Position numbers and translations under genes: made by a program. The notes under the pieces were generated by a model. The model was not told the DNA's origin. It searched no databases and saw nothing but the letters and a program-made list of their open reading frames with translations. A stretch of 63,977 bases of DNA, filler included, from an uncultured bacterium (GTDB lineage Bacteria; CAZSTA01), in the NCBI GenBank assembly GCA_964609495.1. It is 3 parts of 3 records of this genome, joined end to end, with 100 filler letters (N's around TTAATTAATTAA, not from the genome) between each part and the next. Parts side by side here need not be neighbours in the genome. Positions count along the whole stretch, not along the records: positions 1 to 27,902 come from CAZSTA010000026.1; 2 more parts are not named here. One strand, given 5' to 3'. This document shows, piece after piece, positions 1 to 10,155 of the stretch (its first letter is position 1; each line of letters begins with the position of its first letter).

Positions 1-17
1 TGAGAATATTAGTAGAG

Positions 18-329
18 GTGCTAGTAGTGATCGCAAAAAGGTCGAAGTGGTTAGCAATTTTGATAATCGCTCTCTTGCTCATAATCTTATATTTATCTTC
101 AACTTCGACTCCGACTAGGACCAGGATCGTCATCTTGGGACCTGATGATGCTACTCTGAGGGAGCTGATAAAAGAATTTAACAGGCGGAATCCTGATATT
201 GAGGCTGTATTAGAACCTCAGACCACAGATGAGTCTCCTACGATTACGCAAAAATTGACGGATTTCTATAATTGGTTATCTGAGAAGTTCAAAGCTATAT
301 TTGATCGCTTATTTCCAAAAACAAACTAA
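18..329 (+). CDS. Small membrane-anchored hypothetical protein
   Basis: 103-aa ORF, N-terminal hydrophobic helix; LRELIKEFNRRNPDIEAVLE resembles the start of sugar-binding proteins. Confidence 0.5.
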   Translation: MLVVIAKRSKWLAILIIALLLIILYLSSTSTPTRTRIVILGPDDATLRELIKEFNRRNPDIEAVLEPQTTDESPTITQKLTDFYNWLSEKFKAIFDRLFPKTN

Positions 330-401
330 TTTTCCTCTTTCAACTTGCTTCAGATAATTTCGTATGATATACAAGAAAAGCACAAACTAGGAGGTGTCAG
401 A

Positions 402-1166
402 ATGGCAGGATGGTTCGAAGGCAAGGTCGCTCTCATAACTGGTGGAAGCTCAGGAATCGGTAGGGCATCCGCATTAGCATTTGCCAGGGAATCCGCAAAG
501 GTCATCATCGCTGATGTAAATGTTGAAGATGGCGAAGAGACGCTACGTATGATCAAGGAAGCGGGTGGCGAAGCTATCTTCATCAAAACTGACGTATCGA
601 AGGCAGTCGAGGTTGAAGCGATGGTCAACAAAGCCATCGAGACCTATGATCGATTGGACTATGCCTTTAACAACGCCGGGATTGCAGGAGATTGGGATCT
701 CACCGCCGATTGCACCGAGGAAAACTGGGATCGTATAATCGATATCAACCTCAAAGGGATCTGGTTAGGTATGAAATACGAGATCCCTCAGATACTCAAA
801 CAAGGTGGTGGTTCTATCGTCAACACGTCATCAGGATGGGGATTGGTCGGGACGGCGGATGGCGCCCCAGCTTACGTTGCTAGCAAGCACGGGATCATTG
901 GGCTGACCAAAGCAGCCGCTCTGGAATACGCTAAAGATGGCCTCCGAGTCAACGCGGTGTGCCCGGGGTCGATCCGCACCCCACTGCTCGAGTCGCTCTT
1001 TAGAGAAGATCCTGAGTTCGAAGCGCTGGTCATTTCTCGACACCCAATGGGGCGGATAGGGATGCTAGATGAGGTTGCCGAGGCTGTGATGTGGCTATGC
1101 TCGGATGCGGCTTCGTTTGTCACGGGGCATGCGATGGCTGTAGATGGTGGCTATGTTGCCCAATAG
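402..1166 (+). CDS. SDR-family NAD(P)-dependent oxidoreductase
   Basis: TGGSSGIG, NNAG, YVASK motifs; AGGAGG RBS at 389-394 favours ATG 402 over 345. Confidence 0.93.
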   Translation: MAGWFEGKVALITGGSSGIGRASALAFARESAKVIIADVNVEDGEETLRMIKEAGGEAIFIKTDVSKAVEVEAMVNKAIETYDRLDYAFNNAGIAGDWDLTADCTEENWDRIIDINLKGIWLGMKYEIPQILKQGGGSIVNTSSGWGLVGTADGAPAYVASKHGIIGLTKAAALEYAKDGLRVNAVCPGSIRTPLLESLFREDPEFEALVISRHPMGRIGMLDEVAEAVMWLCSDAASFVTGHAMAVDGGYVAQ

Positions 1167-1517
1167 GTGTTCCGCCAGCAAGATGAACTATAGCTAACAA
1201 AGGCTTAGCGAAACCATCAAGCCTTGAACATTTCACAAATTCTCGCAATTCACCAGAAGATCGGGTATTTTCTATCTTTGCCGAGTTTAGCCAACTGATT
1301 TCAGAAGGAGCTAAAAAATTTAAAAAAAATTTTTGGATGGTGAATAAAATTCTTAGTTTCGCGACTATAGTAATCGAGGGACAGTTCCTTAAAGTTTTGA
1401 TTTGCTTTGAAAACAAAAATACTTAATTTATTCACCCTTACGTAGTATAATTTACACTAGGAATATCATCTGGATTACCAGTTATAAAATAGCTCTCTCT
1501 CCACCCACCCTTCTCAT

Positions 1518-1564
1518 AATAATAGCGCCCTCGTGTGTCAAAGCACGTTTCGGGCGCTATTATT
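1518..1564. terminator. Stem-loop between convergent genes, probable terminator
   Basis: AATAATAGCGCCC (1518-1530) pairs with GGGCGCTATTATT (1552-1564), T-rich flank. Confidence 0.7.
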
Positions 1565-1587
1565 TATTTTCCCTTTCCCAATCAAAT

Positions 1588-2439
1588 CTATTTAATCGCC
1601 CCTCTAGTGATTCCTGTCATAAATCCCTTTTGTATAAAGAGGTAAGCGATAAAACTAGGAATCAATCCCAAAACAGCCGCCGCGTTTAATAGACTATGAG
1701 GCTGATATTGCATCATCTCCCTTACCATAATATCATATAATCCGAACTGGTAAGGCTTGAGACTTTGACTTGAAAGGAAGGTTAAAGCTAAAACGAACTC
1801 GTTCCAAGCCATAACAAAAGCCAAAATCGCGACTGCCGCTAATCCTGGCAAGGCTAGGGGTAGAGCAATTCTTGTGAAAATATTAAAGCGATTACAACCA
1901 TCGATCATCGCTGCCTCCTCTACCTCTATAGGAAGAGATTGGAAAAAACCGGTCATAATCCAAATAGAGAGCGGTAGATTAACCCCAGTATATACTATAA
2001 TTAACGCGGTGCGGGTGTTTAGAAGTTTCAGCACTTGAAGCAACATATATAGGGGAATTATATTCGTAAGGGCTGGCATCATCTGAGTCGCTAATAAACC
2101 ATAAAAAGCCGTTTTTCGTAAGGGAAATTTAAAACGAGCGAAAGCATAAGCGGCAAAAGAGCTTACAAAAACTACTCCTAGAGCCGTAAGGGATGCTATT
2201 ATAACACTGTTGCTCATATAACGAATAATGGGGGTCTCGGTGAGAACCTTCTTGAAGTTCTCCAGATAGAGGCCACTTGGTATCCAATGCGGTGGATACT
2301 CAAAGAGTCTCTCCTCCGGCTGGAGGGAACAGCTAATAATCCAAAGAATTGGAATTGCCGTGAATAGACATAATATAATCAGGACCAAATGAGGTAAACC
2401 TATACGAATTACTCTTATTAAACTAATTTTTCTTCTCAT
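1588..2439 (-). CDS. Carbohydrate ABC transporter permease (MalG-like)
   Basis: Multiple TM helices, EEAAMIDG EAA motif, WNEF. Confidence 0.93.
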   Translation of the reverse strand: MRRKISLIRVIRIGLPHLVLIILCLFTAIPILWIISCSLQPEERLFEYPPHWIPSGLYLENFKKVLTETPIIRYMSNSVIIASLTALGVVFVSSFAAYAFARFKFPLRKTAFYGLLATQMMPALTNIIPLYMLLQVLKLLNTRTALIIVYTGVNLPLSIWIMTGFFQSLPIEVEEAAMIDGCNRFNIFTRIALPLALPGLAAVAILAFVMAWNEFVLALTFLSSQSLKPYQFGLYDIMVREMMQYQPHSLLNAAAVLGLIPSFIAYLFIQKGFMTGITRGAIK

Positions 2440-2452
2440 AATTTCCCCATCC

Positions 2453-3349
2453 TTATTGAGCTTCTAAAAGCCCTCTCCTCGCCAAAATCACCAGATATAG
2501 TGAGGTTATGAATAGATTTATTAAGAACATCATAAGTGCTATAGATGAGCCGTAACCCAAACGCCCGCTTTCAAAAGCCACTTTATACATACGAAGTCCG
2601 ATTACTTCCGTAAAGTTGAGAGGACCTCCTCCCGTCAGAGCATAGATTAAGGCGAAGACATTAAAAGTATACATTGTAATCAACATAAAATTGGAAAGCA
2701 TTGTGAATCTCATCATAGGAACAGTGATGTGAAAGAAGGATTGCCAGAAGGTCGCTCCATCAACTTTCGCGGCTTCATAAAGTTCATCGGGAATAGCTTG
2801 TAAACCAGCAAGTTCCCAGATCATTGAGAAGGGATACCCCTTCCAGATATTCAAACCAATACAGGTAAGCATAGCCAATTTTGGATCGGCAAACCAGGCC
2901 ATCTTTCCCAATCCTACGAGTCCGGTATAATAGTTGAGCATACCATAAGTATCGTTAAATATTCTCTTCCAAGCGGTAACTGCTAAAACATCGGAGATAA
3001 CCCAAGGGAGAAAGAGGATTGCTCCATAGATGCCCCTTCCTCTATTAACCGCTTTTAGAGATAGAGCCGCAATAAGTCCCATAGCAAACTGAAAGATAAC
3101 TACCATAGATACATAATAACCACTATTTTTAAGAGCTATTCTTACCTGGGAATCTCTTAAAAATTTCATAAAGTTCTTTAATCCTACGATCTTCCAAGTC
3201 GCCCTCGCCAGAGAGGCGTTAGTAAAGCTGAGATATACAGCATACATAGCCGGACCAACGATAAATAGGAAGACAAGTATGGTTGAAGGAAGAAGAAATA
3301 GAATAGCCAAGATAATCATTGGATTCCGCTTCAAGATCCTTTGGAACAC
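2453..3349 (-). CDS. Carbohydrate ABC transporter permease (MalF-like)
   Basis: TM helices, LYEAAKVDGA, TGGGP motif. Confidence 0.93.
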   Translation of the reverse strand: MFQRILKRNPMIILAILFLLPSTILVFLFIVGPAMYAVYLSFTNASLARATWKIVGLKNFMKFLRDSQVRIALKNSGYYVSMVVIFQFAMGLIAALSLKAVNRGRGIYGAILFLPWVISDVLAVTAWKRIFNDTYGMLNYYTGLVGLGKMAWFADPKLAMLTCIGLNIWKGYPFSMIWELAGLQAIPDELYEAAKVDGATFWQSFFHITVPMMRFTMLSNFMLITMYTFNVFALIYALTGGGPLNFTEVIGLRMYKVAFESGRLGYGSSIALMMFLINLFITSLYLVILARRGLLEAQ

Positions 3350-3425
3350 GATATCTACCCCTCTTATTAAAGATCAGCTTCATGCGAATGATATTCCTCA
3401 CCCGCATGAAGCTTGGAAGTTACAG

Positions 3426-4769
3426 CTATTCGATATAACCTTTCTCTTCAGCGATCTCGATGACCCTCTCGGTGGCATCCTTTAGAGCTTGTTCAGTAGT
3501 TTTTACTCCCATAATTACCTCTTGGAAGGCTTGCGACCACTCCAAAGAAGCATCGGGGTAGATCTCAACTGCGGGGCGGGTCTTCGCATATTGAAGCTCA
3601 TCCATAATTATCTCGACCCACTCCGGCTTTATCAACTTAGGCTTCCACACTTCGGCCATAGATCTCTGCACCGGCAAATTGCCTCCCTCTAACAATATCT
3701 CCAGCTTATAATCTGGATCGCCACCGACTAGGAGATATATGAAATCCCAGGCTGGTTGATACTTCTCTGGATCCTTTGTGGTTAACCCTACTCCCCAACC
3801 ACCAGCGTTAGTTCCTCTCCCTTGAGTTCTAGGATAAGCGGGATTAGGAGCAAGTCCTATTTTCCCTTCAAGATTGGGCGCAACCGTCTCAATACGGGCG
3901 GCTAACCAGGAGCCATGAAGCATCATAGCAGCCTTATCCGCATAGAATATCTTATCTACATCATCGTATAACATATTGATCGTCTCTGGAGGCAAGGATT
4001 TATCCTCCTTAGCCATAGCTCCAAAGAGATTGAAGACATCTAGGCTAGTTTGGTTATTGAAAGCAGGTTCATTATCGGGAGTAACAAATACGTCCTCTCC
4101 CTGCCAATAAAAGCCGAGGTTGATAACTGTAGTATGTTCACTCTTAGCTCCGCATGTTGAGAGTCCATACCGAATTGTCTCTCCTTCAGGACTTACTATG
4201 AGTAGCTTCTTAGCATAATCTCTCATCTCATTCCAATCCTTAGGAGCTCCAGGAAGTCCTGCCTCAGCAAAGAGATCGGTGCGATACCATAACATCGAGT
4301 TAAAGGCGGTGTCAGGAACTATACCATGAATTTTCCCCTTATATCTTATAAGGAAAGCATCATAGTAGTCATCTTTTAGCTCCTGAGGTATCAGATCGTC
4401 CAGGGGATAAGTATATCCTAGCGCGGCGAACTCAGCGATCCAGTAGCCATCCAGGGTAATTATATCGGGTTGCGTCCCCTGCCGACAACGCAATAGATAC
4501 AAAGTTCGTCCCTCGGTTCCGCCTTGGAGAGCTTCGAACTCCAATTTAACATTCGGATGGGTTTTTTCATACTCAGGTATGATCTTTCTTACTATCACGC
4601 TAGGCTCGCCAGTTTCCACAATAGCCGGTCCCCCCGGAATCCACGTATTGTGAAGACATGCTCTCAGAGTTACCTTCTCTTCAGCTGAACTTGTTTGTCC
4701 CACCAAAGCTATGGCGATAATTAGGAATAACCCGCCTAGAAGCATTCTTTTTAAAACCACTTTTTTCAA
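3426..4769 (-). CDS. Sugar ABC transporter substrate-binding protein
   Basis: Signal peptide, LWYRTDLF, GGWG motifs; upstream of two permeases. Confidence 0.9.
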   Translation of the reverse strand: MKKVVLKRMLLGGLFLIIAIALVGQTSSAEEKVTLRACLHNTWIPGGPAIVETGEPSVIVRKIIPEYEKTHPNVKLEFEALQGGTEGRTLYLLRCRQGTQPDIITLDGYWIAEFAALGYTYPLDDLIPQELKDDYYDAFLIRYKGKIHGIVPDTAFNSMLWYRTDLFAEAGLPGAPKDWNEMRDYAKKLLIVSPEGETIRYGLSTCGAKSEHTTVINLGFYWQGEDVFVTPDNEPAFNNQTSLDVFNLFGAMAKEDKSLPPETINMLYDDVDKIFYADKAAMMLHGSWLAARIETVAPNLEGKIGLAPNPAYPRTQGRGTNAGGWGVGLTTKDPEKYQPAWDFIYLLVGGDPDYKLEILLEGGNLPVQRSMAEVWKPKLIKPEWVEIIMDELQYAKTRPAVEIYPDASLEWSQAFQEVIMGVKTTEQALKDATERVIEIAEEKGYIE

Positions 4770-4912
4770 CCTCCTTTAGATTGTAGATTAGATGATCTCC
4801 TTAATAACTTATCTCATCTGAATTGCTGCTTGCCCTTATCACCCCCTATCCAATTCTCAATATACTCAAGTGAGACTCCGAGATATAATTCTAATCTTTG
4901 GTTAATGTCAAT

Positions 4913-4941
4913 ATTATAACTGATAATCTTTTGCCTGTCAA
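4913..4941 (-). promoter_or_regulatory. sigma70/sigmaA promoter of ABC operon 1
   Basis: Minus strand TTGACA-17 nt-TATAAT, perfect consensus. Confidence 0.8.
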
Positions 4942-5020
4942 GGATAATCTGTAACAACTATATTGATCTAATCTTCGCAATCTCGCTCCTTTTCTAAGCA
5001 TCTTATTTTCGCTGGACGAT

Positions 5021-6817
5021 CTATTCAATAACTAACTTATATCCTTTATCCCTCAATCTCCTCACGAGCTTGTTTAACTTATCTCCCATCGCTAAAACCT
5101 TGGTGGGAGATAAATTCTTCTTTAGATAAGAGGCTATCTCCTCATCCCCTAATATCCCTCGAAGAGCATCTTCATTCTCGAACTCCAAGACTAAAGCCTT
5201 GTATATCTTCACCTCTTTACTTCCCTCAATCCCAAGAATATCGCCGATATCCTCTCTCTCTAAAGCTCCTATAAGCCAAGCTCCTAACTTTGTTATCTTA
5301 AAAGAGACCATATTATCATCGTTATATCCCGAAGATATCGCTCCCAACCAGTGGAGGACTCTAGTTATAACATCCGATATAAGCTTACCTTCCACCCTCT
5401 CCCAATTTATCAAGCCACTCACATTTTCCCCCTTAGAGTCATATATCTCCCATAGGAATCCTTCTTCAGGTCGCATAAAGTTAAGAGATTCCGCTTTTAT
5501 ATTCCCTATGAAATCATCCAAGTGATACCAGCTATTTATAGCCAGAGTTTTAAGATCGGTTATAACGATCTCTCTAAGGACAAATATCTTCTCCTCCCCT
5601 ATATTCCAACTCAAGCCAGAAAGGTGAGATTGCTCTATCTCGTTCCAGATCTTGCTATTATACCATAGATAGTATATCTCATTAATTCTCTCCAGTGTAT
5701 CTAGTCTCAGCCAAGTATCAACTGCAGGAGTTACACTTATCGATAATCCCTCTTGTTTAATCAAAGATAACGCCTTACAAATATAATTGATAAAGGCAAA
5801 TCTAAGCAATCCTGCTCGACCCTTCAGAGATTCTGGATATGAGAATAGTTTATCTAGCTCATTTATAACCCTCTTGGGAAATCGACGATTGGATCGATTC
5901 AGAGATACCTCGTTATTTCTGAGATAATTCAGATAGGCCTCCATATCCTTTATTAAAGATAGACCGACTTCACTCTCAGAGGAAGGAGGTGGGCACTTCT
6001 TCATCTTCCCTACTACCTCCCCGATCTCACCAAGAGCTTTATACTCCTCTACGATACCTTTAGGGATGATCAACTTCCTATTACCGGCTCTATAAGTAGA
6101 AAAAGCTAAAGCCCTCTCCTCGAATCCTCTGATAAGGGATTTAATTTTAGGGAGATCACCCTGACATAATTCCTCAAGCTTTGAGAATTCTAATTCTCCA
6201 TCTTCAGCTAAAGCTTGTTGATATACCTTCCTCGCTAACTCGCCCATCTCGCCTAAGGCTAACTGGACCGAGTCGAGATGTTTCAAGTTATCAGCCATCA
6301 AGCGGACGATATCCTCCTTACGAGTATAGCGAGTAGAGATAGATAATTTCCTCCTCTCGGCTATAGCTCTTAGCTTCCTAAGTTTATATCTAGCTAAGAT
6401 CTGGGCTAAGCTGAAATTTGATAGATCCTCCTCCATCTCCCTTTGGGCTATCCTCAGCGCTGAGAGTATATCTTCATATATCTCTACTTGTCCCTTATCC
6501 TCATCGAAGAATAGAAAGCAATTCTCATCCAACTGATATAAAAATTCCTCTATTTCATCAGGAGGTAAAGAAGATCGCTGATATATGAAATCAAGCTGAC
6601 AACGACCGTCTTCCTCCAAGATCATCTCTATAATACCCCTTCTCTCCTTATCCAATTTATAAAGCAACTCCCCTGCCGACTCGGGAGAGATCATCTCCTT
6701 ATAGAGAGCCTCCATCAAGGCCGTCTTATCCTCATAACCTTCAACATCTAGGTCCCAAAACTTGGCTAACTTCTTCAATTCCTCTAAAGAATATTGAACT
6801 AAATAAACTTTGAGCAT
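5021..6817 (-). CDS. Helicase-associated (XPB-partner-like) multi-winged-helix protein
   Basis: Two repeated helical N-terminal units, LHWLG..FKITKLG motif and C-terminal LSPT..LRDKGY tail typical of this family. Confidence 0.55.
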   Translation of the reverse strand: MLKVYLVQYSLEELKKLAKFWDLDVEGYEDKTALMEALYKEMISPESAGELLYKLDKERRGIIEMILEEDGRCQLDFIYQRSSLPPDEIEEFLYQLDENCFLFFDEDKGQVEIYEDILSALRIAQREMEEDLSNFSLAQILARYKLRKLRAIAERRKLSISTRYTRKEDIVRLMADNLKHLDSVQLALGEMGELARKVYQQALAEDGELEFSKLEELCQGDLPKIKSLIRGFEERALAFSTYRAGNRKLIIPKGIVEEYKALGEIGEVVGKMKKCPPPSSESEVGLSLIKDMEAYLNYLRNNEVSLNRSNRRFPKRVINELDKLFSYPESLKGRAGLLRFAFINYICKALSLIKQEGLSISVTPAVDTWLRLDTLERINEIYYLWYNSKIWNEIEQSHLSGLSWNIGEEKIFVLREIVITDLKTLAINSWYHLDDFIGNIKAESLNFMRPEEGFLWEIYDSKGENVSGLINWERVEGKLISDVITRVLHWLGAISSGYNDDNMVSFKITKLGAWLIGALEREDIGDILGIEGSKEVKIYKALVLEFENEDALRGILGDEEIASYLKKNLSPTKVLAMGDKLNKLVRRLRDKGYKLVIE

Positions 6818-7285
6818 TTATCTTTCCTTAATAATCCTAAAGAATACCGTTCCTCCCTCGGGATCATAAGCGACCCCCGGGTCCATACATTGAGCGATCC
6901 ATTCTCTTCCCTTCTGCGACATCCTGGTTCCCATATATGCCGTTAGGAGACACCCGATCGCATGCATACATACGCTTGAGCAAGTCGATTCATCGAAGAG
7001 CAACTCCTGATTTTCGATCACCATCTTATCCCCAAGGCTATAGATGGGACACTTGCCCTTTATATCCATAACCTCTATGATTACTCGATCCCTTTTCTCC
7101 TCCTCTTCAGAAGTCCCTCTCTTATCCTTGCTCAGAGTCTCATAGGCTGATTTGGCGCACTCCTTGCAGATGTAAGCATTTGAACTAGCCACCAATCCTC
7201 CGGTATCGCTTAATTCCCTGCCACAGAAAGAACATCTCAATCCTTCTCCTTCTTCGATAATACAACCAGCAAAGTTATCACCCAT
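6818..7285 (-). CDS. ClpX-type C4 zinc finger fused to TIGR04076-like domain
   Basis: CSFCG..ICKEC followed by IKGKCP..GD, VCMHA, CMDP, GTVFFRI. Confidence 0.7.
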   Translation of the reverse strand: MGDNFAGCIIEEGEGLRCSFCGRELSDTGGLVASSNAYICKECAKSAYETLSKDKRGTSEEEEKRDRVIIEVMDIKGKCPIYSLGDKMVIENQELLFDESTCSSVCMHAIGCLLTAYMGTRMSQKGREWIAQCMDPGVAYDPEGGTVFFRIIKER

Positions 7286-7288
7286 CCG

Positions 7289-8317
7289 CTAGCTCCTCCT
7301 TAAGGTGTTATACTCCTCAAAAGCTTCTACTAGAGCGGAGATATTCTCCAAGGGAGTATCAGATAATATCGAATGGGAAGTCCCTCCGATATAACCTCCA
7401 TCCTCTGTTCCCAGAGTCTCGATTAAGTATCTCACTTCCCTTTTTACATCCTCTGGGGTGCCTAAAGGAAGTGTCCTCTGAACATCCACTCCTCCCCAAA
7501 AACACAACTTGCCTCTGAATCTCTTCCCTAACTCCTCGATGCTCATCGCTTGAGGCTGAACTGGGTTAAGAACATCCAGTCCCATCCCTATCATATCAGG
7601 GATTAGTTCGATCACTCTGCCACAGCTATGCCACCAAGTATGCTTTCCAGCAGCATTAGCCATGTCTAATATCTGCTTGTAGTAAGGTTTATACTCCCCT
7701 CTCCACTGATCGGGACTGATTAAATTCATGCTCTGAGATCCCCAATCATCGCTCACCCCAATAGCATCAACTCCCGCCTTTATAGCTTGTTCAGCCATAC
7801 CTATATTAAATTTCATAATCTCGTGGCGGAGTTTATCGAACTTCTCGTATTCTAAGTAGGGATCCATCATCAGCTTATCGAAGCCTCGCAAAGCCCACAT
7901 CCTCTCGAAGAGAGTGTATTCCAGCCAACAGACAATATACTTATCAGTATTCTCAACCAAATTCTTTATTCTATCAAGTCGTCCTGGGCTGTAGGGGTCT
8001 GGGAAGACATAGTCATCCATCTTGTCCCAATCGCTTAGAGGGTGAGAGATCGGATAGGCATGATAATTCCAGATCACTCCCCATTCATCCTCGTGATCCC
8101 CATTATCATATTCTCTACTGGGCTTCCAACCCTTAGGTGGATCATACTTAATTAGGAAGAAATCCCTGGGTATAGCCTTCACTATTTCCCTAATCCTATC
8201 TACAGTTTCTCTCCCCTTGTTCTTGTCATAATCCACTATATCTATCCAGAGATTAACGGGTATTCGAGGAGCACCTTTAAAGTTGATTATGCTTTTAACT
8301 AACTCTCTTGAGTTCAT
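7289..8317 (-). CDS. Uroporphyrinogen decarboxylase/cobalamin methyltransferase (URO-D/MtaA-like) family protein
   Basis: DEWGV, SDDWGSQ, HSCG, FWGGVDVQ, GTPEDV motifs. Confidence 0.88.
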   Translation of the reverse strand: MNSRELVKSIINFKGAPRIPVNLWIDIVDYDKNKGRETVDRIREIVKAIPRDFFLIKYDPPKGWKPSREYDNGDHEDEWGVIWNYHAYPISHPLSDWDKMDDYVFPDPYSPGRLDRIKNLVENTDKYIVCWLEYTLFERMWALRGFDKLMMDPYLEYEKFDKLRHEIMKFNIGMAEQAIKAGVDAIGVSDDWGSQSMNLISPDQWRGEYKPYYKQILDMANAAGKHTWWHSCGRVIELIPDMIGMGLDVLNPVQPQAMSIEELGKRFRGKLCFWGGVDVQRTLPLGTPEDVKREVRYLIETLGTEDGGYIGGTSHSILSDTPLENISALVEAFEEYNTLRRS

Positions 8318-8325
8318 TTATCCTC

Positions 8326-9192
8326 CTATCCTTTCAATCCAGTCAGAGCTATCCCTTGAATGAAGGTTCTCTGAGCGAAGAAGAATATGATTACTATAGG
8401 TAAGGTCATCATAGTTGCGGCGGCCATAAGTAACCCCCACTCAGGTTGCCCATGCACACTTAAATAACTTGATAATCCTAAAGAGAGGGGATATTTAGAA
8501 TCATCTGTTAAGTAGATCAGCGGTCCTAGGAAATCCCTCCAAGCAAAGAGAAATTGAAAGAGGATAACCACCGCTAAGGCTGGCTTGCTAAGGGGAAGTA
8601 TGAGACGAGAATATATTCGAAGCTCCGAAGCTCCATCGATACTAGCCGCATCCGAAAGCTCGAAGGGAATGGTCATAAAGAATTGGCGCAAGAGGAAGAT
8701 ATAAAAGCCATTTCCAAAGAAGGCTGGCACGATCAATGGTTTCCATGAACCCACCCAACCGAAGCTTCTGAATAGTATATATAGAGGGATTAAAGTGACC
8801 TGATAAGGTAACATCATAGTCGCTAAGGTGATCACAAAAAATATATCTCTCCCCGGCCATTGAATCCTCGAGAAGCCATAAGCTACTAGGGAACAGGAAA
8901 GAGTGACCCCCAATACAGTGAGAACACAATAAACTGTAGTGTTATAAGCATAGGTGAAGAAAGGCATATAATCGAGGGCATCGGGATAGTTTTGCCAAGC
9001 AGTAGGATTCGGTATCCACACCGGAGGGAAAACCATAACTTGACGAGGGATCTTAAGAGATGTGGAGATCATCCAGAAGAATGGCAGGATGAAAGAGATA
9101 CTAATTAATACTAAAATCGAATGACTCGCTACCCTGCTCACCCTACTTATCGCCCGTTTAGATGACAACAATCCAGGCTTATTTTCCAGCAT
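8326..9192 (-). CDS. Carbohydrate ABC transporter permease
   Basis: LSDAASIDGA EAA loop, FLLRQFF. Confidence 0.93.
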   Translation of the reverse strand: MLENKPGLLSSKRAISRVSRVASHSILVLISISFILPFFWMISTSLKIPRQVMVFPPVWIPNPTAWQNYPDALDYMPFFTYAYNTTVYCVLTVLGVTLSCSLVAYGFSRIQWPGRDIFFVITLATMMLPYQVTLIPLYILFRSFGWVGSWKPLIVPAFFGNGFYIFLLRQFFMTIPFELSDAASIDGASELRIYSRLILPLSKPALAVVILFQFLFAWRDFLGPLIYLTDDSKYPLSLGLSSYLSVHGQPEWGLLMAAATMMTLPIVIIFFFAQRTFIQGIALTGLKG

Positions 9193-10087
9193 AGTAGGTC
9201 CACCTCGCCGAGGTCTTCAACACGATCAAGGACAAACCAAGCACGATTAGAAACAATATCCAAGCTTGGGCTGAAGCATAACCCATCCTGAAGAAGCGAA
9301 ATGCGTTCTCATAAAGGTATAAAGCATAAAAGGTGGTCGCTCGGACGGGCCCTCCTCCCGTCATAATGAAAGCTTCGGTGAAATATTGAAAGGAATAAAT
9401 TATCCCTATTATTAAATTAAATAAAATAACGGGAGATATCATCGGCATCGTGATGTTTATCGTCTTTCGAAAGGGAGAAGCACCATCTATATCGGCAGCT
9501 TCATATATCTCTTTAGGAACATCTTGAAGAGATGCTAAAAAGATGATTACTGTTCCTCCGATCAACCATAGGCTCATTAAGATTAAGGACGGCTTTGCCC
9601 AAGATGGACTTCCCAACCAAGCTGGTCCTCTTACACCAAACCATAAGAGTATTGCGTTTGCCAATCCCACATCAGCATTAAATATCCATCTCCAAACCAT
9701 CGCCGAGACAACTGTTGGGACTATCGTGGGAATAAATACTATCGCTCTGTAGAAGGCTAATCCCCGAATTTTTGTGTTCAAGAGCAAAGCGATTAAGAAG
9801 GCAGAAATGAGTTGCGAAGGAAGTCCAATAGCAAAATAAAAGGTTGTATTATAAAGGGATTTCCAGAAGACATCATCACGAATTAGAGTCAGATAGTTTT
9901 GGAACCCCAAGAACTCCGGGGGAGTTAGTATCTCATATCTGGTTAGACTATAATATATGGAAGCGCCGATCGGATATAGCAGAAAGACTATCATCCCTAT
10001 AATCCGAGGAGAGGTGAATAAAAGACCATTTCTCAAATTCCTACGCCAAAATCTAGATCCAGAGCGGCGCTTTTTGATACCCGTCAT
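9179..10087 (-). CDS. Carbohydrate ABC transporter permease
   Basis: IYEAADIDGA, MTGGGP, MGYASA. Confidence 0.93.
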   Translation of the reverse strand: MTGIKKRRSGSRFWRRNLRNGLLFTSPRIIGMIVFLLYPIGASIYYSLTRYEILTPPEFLGFQNYLTLIRDDVFWKSLYNTTFYFAIGLPSQLISAFLIALLLNTKIRGLAFYRAIVFIPTIVPTVVSAMVWRWIFNADVGLANAILLWFGVRGPAWLGSPSWAKPSLILMSLWLIGGTVIIFLASLQDVPKEIYEAADIDGASPFRKTINITMPMISPVILFNLIIGIIYSFQYFTEAFIMTGGGPVRATTFYALYLYENAFRFFRMGYASAQAWILFLIVLGLSLIVLKTSARWTYYAGK

Positions 10088-10108
10088 TTAGAAACTCCTT
10101 TCCTTATC

Positions 10109-10140
10109 GAGGTGAGATCGCTTCTAGGCGATCTCACCTC
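10109..10140 (-). terminator. Intra-operon stem-loop after the binding-protein gene (mRNA stabiliser/attenuator)
   Basis: Perfect 13-bp stem GAGGTGAGATCGC/GCGATCTCACCTC, 6-nt loop. Confidence 0.7.
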
Positions 10141-10155
10141 AGCTTCAAGCATATC

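Noticed and set aside
1120-1416. 98-aa minus-strand ORF in AT-rich intergenic region
   Set aside because: No recognisable motif or RBS; overlaps the SDR gene end.
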